This document shows, in pieces, positions 1 through 9,723 of a stretch of DNA of 35,906 nucleotides (position 1 is its first letter; the number at the start of each line of letters is the position of its first letter). The DNA is taken from contig NW_021826250.1 of NCBI RefSeq assembly GCF_006345805.1, positions 1 to 35,906 on the forward strand, read 5' to 3'. A model generated the notes under the pieces. It had not been told where the DNA came from, did no database searches, and saw nothing but the letters and a program-made list of their open reading frames with translations. The translations under genes and the position numbers were made by a program. The stretch is from Octopus sinensis (taxonomy: Eukaryota).

Positions 1-524
1 ATAATATATACGCTGCTGTCTTTGTGCGTGGGTTTATAAAATCAATCATCCGACGTATGTTCTCGTATACCTATGTACACATTTATGTGTGTGTCTGTGT
101 ATGTGCGTGCTTGCGTTGTGTGCGCGTGTGTATTTGTGTGTATGTGTGTGAGTGTGTGTATCATGTTTCTTTGAAGACTTAACAGCCAGTCTACCCGATT
201 AATGCTAACTAGCATTATTATTTATAATATTCTACAGCAGTATCTTCATTTATCTTTAATCTGATAGTTATACTCCCATGCAACCGGATATGTGGTAGAC
301 AAGATATTCTCTTGTCAAACATTCTTCATTGACTTGTTTATCATTCTCATTCGCATATTTATTTTTTATTCTCTTCATACATACGAGCGTACATATATGT
401 GGTGAAAATAAGAATACTATCACGTCAAACACACACACACACACATATATATATATATTTATATATGCTAGAGAAGGGCGAATTTATGAAATATTCCTCA
501 TTTTGCTCTATGTACGATGGAAGT

Positions 525-600
525 TACACCCTGAAGATTAGATTCTTACATATTAATAATTCTAATGTGATGTACGAATTCTCGAAACAGTTGTAGTATT
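525..600 (+). ncRNA. Degenerate type I hammerhead-ribozyme-like motif
   Basis: CTGAAGA (531-537); imperfect long stem II (538-551 vs 570-583, about 11/14 pairs); CGAAA (583-587); near-palindromic stem III ACAGTTGT and GTA triplet (593-595). Stem I pairs poorly. Sits in a short island between (TA)n and (CA)n. Confidence 0.35.
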
Positions 601-800
601 GAAGATACACACATACATGTACGCACACACTCACACACTCCGCTTTTCTGTGATCTGAGTTGATCCCCATCATCCTTTTGAGCTCGATAAATAAAGTGCT
701 TTCCTTCTTTCTGGTGCAGGTGGCAGCTGCATATTTGCCTTGTGTGCGCCTACTAAATTTACAAAGCTGGTCAATAAAATCCGTGCTTTTGTACTTTCGT

Positions 801-1100
801 GGAGGCGCAATGGCCCAGTGGTTAGGGCAGCGGACTCGCGGTCGGAGGATCGCGGTTTCGATTCCCAGACCGGATGTTGTGTGTGTTTATTGAGCGAAAA
901 CACCTAAAAGCTCCACGAGGTTCCGGCAGGGGGTGGTGACGACTCCTCTTGTACTTTTTCACCACAACTTTGTCTCACTCCCTCTTCCTGTTTCTTGAGT
1001 AAACCTGCGATGGACTGGCGTCCCGTCCAGCTGGGGGGACATATACGCCACAGAAACCGGGACACCGGACCCATGAGCCTGGCTAGGCTTGAAAAGGGCG
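801..1100 (+). mobile_element. tRNA-derived SINE (head type B, tail X)
   Basis: A-box TGGCCCAGTGG 811-821 and B-box GGTTTCGATTCCC 854-866. Head and body recur at 9724-9910; the tail GCGATGGACTGGCGTCCCGTCCAG recurs inverted near 8030-8052. Confidence 0.85.
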
Positions 1101-1571
1101 ACGTTTTCGTTTTTTTGTACTTTCACTTTAGCAAAAATGTAATTCATGAAGTTACTTAAACTAAATTATGTAAATAAATAAATAAATAATTCGAAAGTCA
1201 GAAACACATAAAAATGAAGGTGAAAGACCAGAACGCTAATACATTCTCGTTTATTTCTGATTTAGAAATCTCTAATCCGGGATAATAACGTTACACTCAT
1301 TATGGAGCGGGTTACGCTTATCAAGAATTGACCTTTGATAATACGGATTGGCGATCAATCAAAGATTTTGCTTGGACCGCAAAAGCGTACCATGATAACC
1401 ATTCACAATGCTCAAGATAACTTGTGATCTCGGATCGAAGCCTAATTTCCCCATGTAATTTATTATTCCTTTATCACTGATTCCCTTATCACGGTGCTTG
1501 TTCGGAACCAAATACGTATGATAAACGAGGATAAATGTATATACCTTTACGAAATACTAAATCCTATTCTT

Positions 1572-1815
1572 ATTTCTTTTTTTATTTCTTTATTGCCCAC
1601 AGGGGACTAAACATAGAGGGGACAAACAAGGACAGACAAATGGATTAAGTCGATTATATCGACCCCAGTGCGTAACTGGTACTTATTTAATCGACTCCAA
1701 AAGGATGAAAGGCAAAGTCGACCTCGGCGGAATTTGAACTCAGAACGTAACAGCAGACGAAATACCGCAAAGCATTTCGCCCGGTATGCTAACGTTTCTG
1801 CCAGCTCGCTGCCTT
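1572..1815 (-). mobile_element. Major tRNA-derived SINE, long-tail subfamily (3' part of the 5S-SINE chimera)
   Basis: Reverse complement of the family seen more than 15 times here: head AAGGCRGCGAGCTGGCAGAA, B-box-like GAGTTCAAATTCC, central GACTTTGCCTTTCATCCTTT..GGTCGAT..AAGTACC (resembles the Meta/Sauria-type central domain, from recall), tail ...GTGGGCAATAAAGAAATA. Confidence 0.9.
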
Positions 1816-1819
1816 TTAC

Positions 1820-1937
1820 GTTTACAGCACCTAGGTTTCTCAAGCGGTCACCCATCTATTTACTAACTAGGCTCGACTTTGCTTAACTTCGGTGATCGGA
1901 CGAGAACTGGTGTTTTCAAAGTGATATGGCCGTAAAC
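1820..1937 (-). rRNA. 5S rRNA: 5S rRNA, dispersed full-length copy (probably retroposed pseudogene)
   Basis: Minus strand reads GTTTACGGCCATATCACTTTGAAAACACCAGTTCTCGTCCGATCACCGAAGTTAAGCAAAGTCGAGCCTAGTTAGTAAATAGATGGGTGACCGCTTGAGAAACCTAGGTGCTGTAAAC (118 nt), a typical invertebrate 5S. Terminal helix GTTTAC/GTAAAC; box A AGTTAAGC; box C altered (TAGATGGG); no oligo-T terminator follows. Confidence 0.92.
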
Positions 1938-2134
1938 CACTAAATCCTATTCTTGACAAACTGAATCCTTTACTGGGGTTTAATTCAAAGTTTGAACGAA
2001 TCATTTTCTGTACGTCAATAAAAGTATTTGGAGTTTTATCAATAAAAATATCAATAGTTTTTGAGCGGGATTCATTCAAACTTCGAATTGTTTTCGTTGT
2101 TATGCAAGACAAGATTTAAAGAGAGAATTTACAC

Positions 2135-2545
2135 GTAGTCGTTCAACTTTCTGGGAATTATGTCCAAATTTCATTCAAATTACGCTATAATTTCTTCGGA
2201 AAGGAAATACCCGTTGGATAGTGTAACAGTAGAAAAACGCGATGGTCTCGGATGCGACACTTTTGATGAGAGGGGTACTCGAACAGGGATGCCCTCGGGC
2301 TACTCAGCAAAAACAATCACAACAGCAAAAGTTTTCATGTGCCAAATTGAGATCTCTATGCAGTTGGTCGTTATGCTAGAAATAGCAGCCAAGTCTGCCG
2401 CAATTTATCTCGTGTTTCATTGGAACTTTGAATAATAACATAACACTAGATATGCAATGTTGGTGAGAATCAGATGCTCGTGATTTAAAGACTGTTGATC
2501 AGTGATGTGCCCAAATACAACTAACCAACAACAACAAAAACAACT
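2135..2545 (+). mobile_element. Two decayed copies of an interspersed repeat ending in (AAC)n
   Basis: Motif GTCGTT..TGCTAGAAATAGCAGCCAAA...GATGGTC..GG..TTTGAT...GGGCTAAACAACAAC recurs at about 7680, 9650, 20245, 30360, 30610, 30935 and 32230. Confidence 0.6.
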
Positions 2546-2714
2546 ACAAGTCTTTATTGATTTCCCAAATCATTGACGGGTCACTGTACCTCATTGCTCT
2601 TTAATTCAAATTGATTTTTGTTCTATGTTCAACATTGGATTGTATCATTGAATAATGATACTTTCTGAAGTTGCTATAATCGGCTAACCCTTCCCTCTTA
2701 AGTTTGTGGTCAAG

Positions 2715-2905
2715 CGCCACAAATTCAAGGCGATGTGCTTGTCGATTATATCAGCCTTAGCACTTTATCGGTACTTTATTGTATCGCTCTTAGCAGGATG
2801 AAAGGCTAAGTCAACCTCTACAGGATTTGAATCGAGAATGTAAAAGAGCTGGAACAAATACAACAAGGCATTTTATCTGATGCTTTTATGATTCTTCCAA
2901 TCCAC
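2715..2905 (-). mobile_element. Old diverged copy of the major SINE
   Basis: GTCGATTATATC...GGTACTT...GGATGAAAGGCTAAGTCAACCTC...GGATTTGAA aligns by eye to 1650-1810. Confidence 0.7.
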
Positions 2906-2960
2906 AACTGCAACAACAACGACACAATATTTTTTCGAAAGTTTTGACTTACTTTATGTC

Positions 2961-3076
2961 GAGGCGCGTGGCTTAGTGGTTAGGGTGTCACTATCATGAT
3001 CGTAAGATTGTGGTTTCGATTCCTGGACCGGGCGACGCATTGTCTTCTTGAGCAAAACATTTCATTTCACGTTGCT
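2961..3076 (+). mobile_element. tRNA-derived SINE 5' fragment (head type A)
   Basis: A-box TGGCTTAGTGG and B-box GGTTTCGATTCC, followed by TTCTTGAGCAAAACATTTCATTTCAC. Homologous to minus-strand copies at 7985-8200, 25922-26196 and 26865-27140. Confidence 0.8.
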
Positions 3077-3364
3077 AAACGGTATTATGTAGGCTGTGTC
3101 TGTATTTTCACACTATGTGTAAACTGGTTTCTTATTTAAACACAGAACTATAAACTTCTTCAGAAAGAGTTAATTTAACCAAAGCTAATTCATTTTTTGC
3201 TCTGGCACTCATTTCATCGACGCTTGGTAGTAGGTCTTAGACAAAGACAACTGTAACTGGTTTTTACCTCTAATTATAGATTATAGATTGTCATATACGA
3301 CATTTAGTGTGTTTTTCTATCAGCCCTACCATTCTACTACCTTCATATATTCAAACCAGCAAAA

Positions 3365-3788
3365 TGCATTTCGTCCCCTGCACGTTCTGAGTTCAAGTTC
3401 CTCTGAGGTCGATTTTGGTTTTCATCCTTTCGGGGTCGATAAATTAAGTACCTATTTCTTTACTACCCACAAGGGGCTAAACACAGAGAGGACAAACAAG
3501 GACAGACACACGGAGAAGGTCGATTACATCAACCCCAGTGCGTAACTGGTACTTAATTCATCGACCCGAAAGGATGAAAGGTAAAGTCGACCTCGGTAGA
3601 ATTTGAACTCAGAATGCAGCGGCGGACGAAATACCACAAAGCATTTCGCCCGTCGTGCTAACGCTTCTGCCAGCTCGCCACCTTTCGATAAATTAAGTAC
3701 CAGTGAAACACTGGGGTTAATGTAATTGACTAGTCCCCTTGCTCCAAATTTCAGGCCTTTGTGCCTTTAGCAGAAACGATTATTATTA
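3365..3788 (+). mobile_element. Major SINE, short-tail subfamily, interrupted by a nested SINE
   Basis: Body 3365-3452 resumes at 3685 and ends ...AAATTTCAGGCCTTTGTGCCT..AGAAACGATTATT. Confidence 0.8.
3453..3684 (-). mobile_element. Major SINE, long-tail subfamily, nested with 17-bp TSD
   Basis: Full head-to-tail copy; perfect TSD TCGATAAATTAAGTACC at 3436-3452 and 3685-3701. Confidence 0.9.
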
Positions 3789-4684
3789 CAATTGTTAGCA
3801 GAATCATGGGAGCGTCAGATAAAATGCATTGCTGTATGTGTCCCAGCAGTTTTTTTTTCTCAGTTCAAATCCTGTGAGGTTGACTTTGCCTTTCATCTTA
3901 AACGATAATACATATTGTCACACAATATATTTCTAAAAATCTGTCTCTATAAGACTGTTAACTGTTTATGTCTGGGAACCGGAAATAATAAATTTTAATA
4001 TATTCCGTTCGCCATTGCTTCATTATGTTTTCTCTCATCCATATAATGTTCTTCAAATCCTCGTGATCATAATATCCATAAAATAATTATTTTCTATAGA
4101 TCGTCGCTGATGAATGTCCTAGAAAGAAAATATAAAATTAATACATAATTCTCAAAGCTCACAGCTCTTGCTTTTCTGAGGACCAATCTTTTGTCTAACA
4201 TCATAAGTTTAATGCCTCTGTAGACATTTATTCATAACAAAAAAAAAAAAACTTCTGCCATTCTTTATATTTATATTTTTCTAAGCATTACATACCATAG
4301 CAATGAAAATATACTCTATTCTTTATAAACCATATAATTTCAATACCGAGTCTTGTTGCATATTGTGTCATGTTTCATAAATCTAATGCACTGTTTCTAC
4401 TCACAATCTATTTGGCTTATGAACATAACACATTTTTTTTTAAACCCGTTTCCAATTTGTAAAGATTGAGATTTTGAAAGTGAACATCTTCAGAGCATAC
4501 GTTCGTTCTTTTACTAAAATATTTTTTTATTTTTTCTTCAGACGCTCAATTCACAGGTGTGAATGTTCTAAGTACATACCCTGAGCCCTTGATTAATGAA
4601 GCACATGCAGGATTGATAAAGTTATACCCCTGTTAATTCTTACTTCTGGGGAGAGCGTAAGGATTTTGTTAGAATCTGGTCTAT

Positions 4685-4851
4685 TCTTCAGTTATTCTTT
4701 TACTGGTTTCAGACACTGGCCATGCTAGAGCACCTCCTTCAAAGTTTTAATCGAGTGTACTGATGCTAAAAGAACATAAACGCAAAAAACACAACCACTG
4801 ATACACAGACAGAAATACACACTCATACACGCACACACACACACAAATATA

Positions 4852-4935
<84 letters not shown>

Positions 4936-5137
4936 GTATGTATGCATGTATGCATGCATGTATGTATAAATAACGAGCTTCCTTACTGTTTCCGTCTGAA
5001 AATTTTCACCCACAAGACAGCGGTGGACTCAAGGTTCCAGTATAAGACTCTTTATCAAAGCTCCACGCAGTCGGACTGAACCTGAAACTACGCGGATGTC
5101 AAGTAAACTTCAGAATCAAACAGCTCTGCTTGCGCCT
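4685..5137 (-). mobile_element. Diverged CORE-like tRNA SINE with internal (TA)n/(CA)n
   Basis: Reverse complement of the family at 18995-19462 and 26286-26712 (GGCCATGCTAGAGCACC tail; CCACGCAGTCGGACTGAACC B-box region). Confidence 0.7.
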
Positions 5138-5365
5138 ATTCACATACATCTATCGGTGACAAGACTACAAGAACACTTCTTAACGAGGACACGTCAGTAG
5201 GCTTCAAACTGGAAACGCAAACCAAAGCAAGTTTATATGGTCCGGATCACAAGTAAAATCTGATTCAAGATAGATATTAAGGTAGAGTAGAACTACAAGC
5301 AATGTAGCCAATCTCGATCGAAAGGTGACGCACGCATACACATGTTCCATTATTTACTATCACCT

Positions 5366-5808
5366 AGGCGGTGAGCTAGCAGAATCGTTAGCACGCCGGG
5401 CGAAATGCTTAGCGGCATTTCGCCTGTCACTACGTTATGAGTTCAAATTCCGCCGAGATCTACATTACCTTTCATCCTTTCGGGGTCAATAAATTAAGTA
5501 CCAGTTGTATACTGGAGTCGATCTAATCGACTGGCCCCCCTCTCCCAAAATTTCAGGCCTTGTGCCTAGAATAGAAAATATTATTTATTATCACCTAAGG
5601 CGGAGAGCTGCCAGAATCGTTAACACGCCGGGCGAAATGCTTAGCGGCATTTCGCTTGCTACTACTTTCTGAGTTCAAATTCCGCCCTGGTCGACTTTGC
5701 CTTTCATCCTTTTTGGTCCATAAATTAAGTACTAGTCAAACACTGGGTTCGATGTAATCGACTAGTCCCCTCCCCAAAATTTCAGGCCTAGTGCCTATAA
5801 AGGAAAGG
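5366..5808 (+). mobile_element. Head-to-tail pair of major SINE, short-tail subfamily (5366-5579, 5597-5808)
   Basis: Two complete copies; the 17-mer ATTATTTA(C/T)TATCACCT occurs before, between and after them (5349-5365, 5580-5596, 5809-5825). Confidence 0.9.
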
Positions 5809-6014
5809 ATTATTTATTATCACCTGACAGATGTGTGAATTGCCTCAGTTTTTATCTGACCAGACAAGAAGGTCTGCTGTTTCATTACAAGAGTGGTTCA
5901 TTTGATTAATCATAAAATTCTTCGGCTGCCAACTCTCACAGTGTGAAGACCAAGGTAAACCGTGGATAGTAATGAGCAAGAGTACAATGATACTGTATCA
6001 GCTCCAGAAATTTC

Positions 6015-6472
6015 TGCCACCACTACCACCATCCTCACCGCCACTGGCACCACTACCCCCACCACTATCACCACCACCACCATAACTACTGCCGCCACCA
6101 CAACCACCATCGTAGCCACCGCCACCACTACTAACACTACCACCACCGTCACCGCCACTGGCACCACCACCACAACTACCACCACCACCACCACCACTAC
6201 CACCACCACCACTACCACCACCACCACAACTACTGCCGCCACCACAACCACCATCGTAGCCACCGCCACCACTACCACCACCGTCACCGCTACTGGTATC
6301 ACCTCCAACAGCACCACAACTACCGCCGCCACTACCACCACCACCACCATAACTACCGCCACCACTATAATCACCCTCATTGCCACTACCACCACTTCCA
6401 CTTCTACCACCACCACCACCACCACTGGCACCACTTCTACCACCACCATCACCGCCATCATTACCATCACCA
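6015..6472. repeat. Degenerate (ACC)n/(ACT)n trinucleotide tract
   Basis: Continuous CCA/CTA/CCG triplets with an internal duplication (ACTACTGCCGCCACCACAACCACCATCGTAGCCACCGCCACCACTAC twice). Confidence 0.9.
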
Positions 6473-6809
6473 TATTGGCTTTTTACGTTTCTATGCTACC
6501 ATTCAGTTTCTATAAGTACATTTCAGTGATTAATATTAATCATGAACAGTTTCCATTTTAAAGAAATGAGAATAAACTGAAGCAAACTCTTTAGAAAAGT
6601 CTAGGTTTAAGCAACTTAATACAGCTTCTATTTCAACAACATATTAATGATATATAAATTACATGATTATGAAAATCGTACGCGGATTACGCTCAGTCTA
6701 TTGCGTGGGGTGGGAGTATATTGAGTTTGTGTGTATCATATGTTTTATACACGTAAATGTATATATTTGTATTCCATTCACTTCTAAACTCAAACTGCTA
6801 ACGCCGTCA

Positions 6810-7430
6810 CACGCACGTTTCTGCCCCCGCGCTCAATGTTTCTGCATCCACGCTCAACGTTTCTGCCCCACTTCACCGTTTCCGCCCCCACACTCAACGT
6901 TTCTGCCCCCACGCTCATTATTTTTCTCCTGCACTCAACGATTCTGCCCCTGCTCTCAATGTTTTTGCTCCCGCGCTCAACGCTTCTGCCCCCGCGCTCA
7001 ATGTTTCTGCCTCCGCGCTCAACGTTTCTGCCCCCTCGCTCAATGTTTCTGCCCCTGTGCTCAATGTATCTGCCCCTGTTCTGAACGTATCTGCTCCCAC
7101 GCTCAACATTTCTGCCCCTACGCTCAACGTTTTTTCTCCCCTCGCTCAACGTTTCTGCCCCCACGCTCAACGGTTCTGCCCCTGCTCTCAGTGTTTTTGC
7201 TCCCGCGCTCAACGCTTCTGCCCCCGCGCTCAATGTTTCTGCCTCCGCGCTCAACGTTTCTGCCCCCTCGCTCAACGTTTCTGCCCCTGTGCTCAATGTA
7301 TCTGCCCCTGTGCTGAACGTATCTGCTCCCACGCTCAACATTTCTGCCCCTACGCTCAACGTTTTTTCTCCCCTCGCTCAACGTTTCTGCCCCCACGCTC
7401 AATGTTTCTACCATCCCGTGCTCAACGTGT
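6810..7430. repeat. 21-bp minisatellite, about 29 units, consensus CGCTCAACGTTTCTGCCCCCA
   Basis: Unit directly visible; the variant string TGCTCTCA(A/G)TGTTTTTGCTCCCGCG recurs at 6951 and 7183 (232-bp period). Confidence 0.95.
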
Positions 7431-7679
7431 CGGACCCCACGTTCTCTCATACCAGCAGAACCCATTCTTCTATCCCGTACCCTCTCCTCATACGCAAATT
7501 CCAGTATCCGTCCCATATTCCAGTAAGCCACTGCTAACATCTCTATACACATTAAGTCCGAAAGTACGAAATTTGTTTACTCATCTATCGAATTCGAATC
7601 TGCTTCACGGCTTTGAGTTGTGCAAAGATCTACATGTCTCTCAGTTCATATACCAATTGTGAGTCAACAAGAAGCCTCT

Positions 7680-7850
7680 GCGTGTTCATATGACATACTG
7701 GAAATAGCAGCTAAAACTCATTCAGTCATACCCTACCAACTTAGGAAAAAGAAGCAGGAAAAGAACATTGGATTATGTGATCACTATAGGTGGAGATACT
7801 TCTGTCGATTTTAGGCTAACCTGGGGTCAATCAACAGTAGTAACAATGAT
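7680..7850 (+). mobile_element. Decayed (AAC)n-tailed interspersed repeat
   Basis: GGAAATAGCAGCTAAA...ACCCTACC...ACATTGGAT...GGCTAACCTGGGG matches the copies near 2370 and 30360. Confidence 0.6.
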
Positions 7851-7984
7851 TAACTATCTATCGGGAATAGATATCACGTTTTCTGCGGAAAATTCGAAGG
7901 GGTTGATCAACTACTTTGTACATAGCTCTGACTATAAATTTTAAACATATAAAGGATAAAGATTTTCCCCGAGATACATAAACT

Positions 7985-8200
7985 CATAGGACCAGTTTCC
8001 TGGATTCCCTAGTGTATATATTTCTTCCTGAACGGGACGCCAGTCCGTCGCAAAAATACTCGATTTTGCCAGCTAAATGGATTGGGAACAACGAGAAATG
8101 AGGTGTTTTGCACAAGAATACAGCGTATCGCGCACACCAGAAATCGAAATCACAATCTCACGTTCATGCGTCCAACACACTAACCACTAAGTCACGTGAC
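7985..8200 (-). mobile_element. tRNA-derived SINE (head type A, tail X)
   Basis: CTAACCACTAAGTCACG is the inverted A-box region; AATCGAAATCACAATCT is the inverted B-box region; ACGGGACGCCAGTCCGTCGC is the inverted tail of the 801 element. Confidence 0.75.
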
Positions 8201-9139
8201 ACCCCAATACGACATATATGTGTGTATGTATGTGTATCCTTCAAATTCGTTTACAGAAAATGTTTTGGATATACATATAAAAGCTCCTATTCTATTATGC
8301 CGGCCACAGCCTAATGATACCAGCTGGCGATACTAGGTTTTTGGGGTCGCACCAAGCTGTACCGATATTATTGTAGGTTAAATATAGTAATAATTATATG
8401 ATATTAAGAGACAAGATATTTGTGGAAACGCGCGTAGCGATGCATTAAAATATTTATAAATTCCATCCAAGGATTATCATTATTACTACTATATATATTT
8501 ATATATGAGTGTTTGTATGTGTGTGTATGTATGCATGTATGTATGAATGTATGTATGTAATAGTATGAAAAAAAGATATGCAAAGAAACTGTTTGTGTGA
8601 GTTCTTCCTATGTAGGTCCTCGGCCTTATAACTCAAAGGTGAAACCGAGGTGGCGGTTATGTTTATTCTGAAAGTAGCAGCACGAAAAAAATCACCCTAA
8701 ATGATGTAATCTGTGGCTCTTGGATTTTTTTCCTCCTATGTAACCTACACAAATAATGCTATATGATTAATGTAAAATATTTAGTAACAATATGAATTAT
8801 AGAAACCTATTTATTTCCTATATTGGCATCACAGGTAGCAGATATGTGCTAGTTATATTGTTATCGATTGTTGCTATCAATCATTGATAATAAGGGTGGT
8901 GAACCACCCTGATTTATTTCTGGGCAGATACAACTGTAGTAAGAAACCCTACAAGAATTAGCTGTGTTTTTATAGATTATAGGTTTCGAAATATTACGGT
9001 GCCTCGATACGGAAACCGAATAACATAAACTTTTAATTTCTTCGATCTTCGTGAATCTTCAGAGTTATAAATGAAGAAATATATACAATCGATAGAACCG
9101 ACTACAGTATATTAGTGGTATCTATTTTAAAGGCTTCGT

Positions 9140-9470
9140 GAAATAAGTACCAGTTGAGCACTGGGGTCGATGTAATCGACTTGCCCCCTTTCTCACACTG
9201 TCAGGCCTTGAGCCTATAGTAGAAAGGATTTTTAAGGTTTCGTAAGGCGGCGAGTTGGTAGTAGTGTTAGAGCGTCGAATAAAATGCCTAACGGCATTCC
9301 TTCTGACATTTTGTGTTCTGAGCTCAAATACTGCCGAGGTCGACTTTATCTTTCATTCATCTCTTCGGAGTCGAAAAGATGAATGAAAAGTACCAGTAAA
9401 ATACTGGGGTGGATATAATCGACTTACTCCTCCTCCAAAAATCAGCGGCCTTGAGCCAAAATTCGAAGCC
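9140..9470 (+). mobile_element. 5'-truncated (9140-9227) plus full-length (9244-9470) major SINE, short-tail type
   Basis: A degenerate 16-mer flanks and separates them: ATTTTAAAGGCTTCGT 9124-9139, ATTTTTAAGGTTTCGT 9228-9243, ATTTTAAAAGCTTCCT 9471-9486. Confidence 0.8.
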
Positions 9471-9723
9471 ATTTTAAAAGCTTCCTTGAGAAAAAAAATA
9501 TAATTGATCCTGCCGAGATTCGAACCTACCACGAAAAAATTCTAATTTATTTATGTCTTTATTATGTAATGCATCAAGACATTTTGACCGCCATTGCCGT
9601 AGTCTCTCGTCCTATTAGAAGCAGCAACTAAATTTTTGTCATATTTTACCGTCACGACTGGAAGGGTTTTGATTATAGACTTTGATCAATAGGACTGACC
9701 CGGGGGCTAAACAACAGCAGAGT

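Noticed and set aside
801-875. Functional tRNA genes at SINE heads (801, 2961, 9724, 11242, 26196)
   Set aside because: A/B boxes are present but acceptor stems do not close, and each continues into repeat body sequence.
4520-4662. Possible exon after strong acceptor TTTTTTCTTCAG (4541) with donor-like GTAAG near 4657
   Set aside because: All three frames hit stops before the donor and the best peptide (AQFTGVNVLSTYPEPLINEAHAGLIKLYPC) is unrecognised; needs RNA-seq.
5962-6561. 199-aa Thr-rich 'mucin-like' ORF (and antisense poly-Val ORF)
   Set aside because: Translation of an (ACC)n tract; non-ATG start, no signal peptide or domain, no supported splice structure.
6810-7430. CRISPR-like array
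   Set aside because: Contiguous tandem units with no unique spacers, no cas genes, and a eukaryotic context.
6663-7662. Several 140-217 aa Cys/Pro-rich repeat ORFs
   Set aside because: Open on both strands and in multiple frames because the 21-bp unit lacks stops; 1-bp indels shift frames, which is inconsistent with coding constraint.
9020-9075. Minus-strand CTGAAGA...GAAA hammerhead-like spacing
   Set aside because: Only a 3-bp stem II and an offset stem I; expected by chance in AT-rich DNA.
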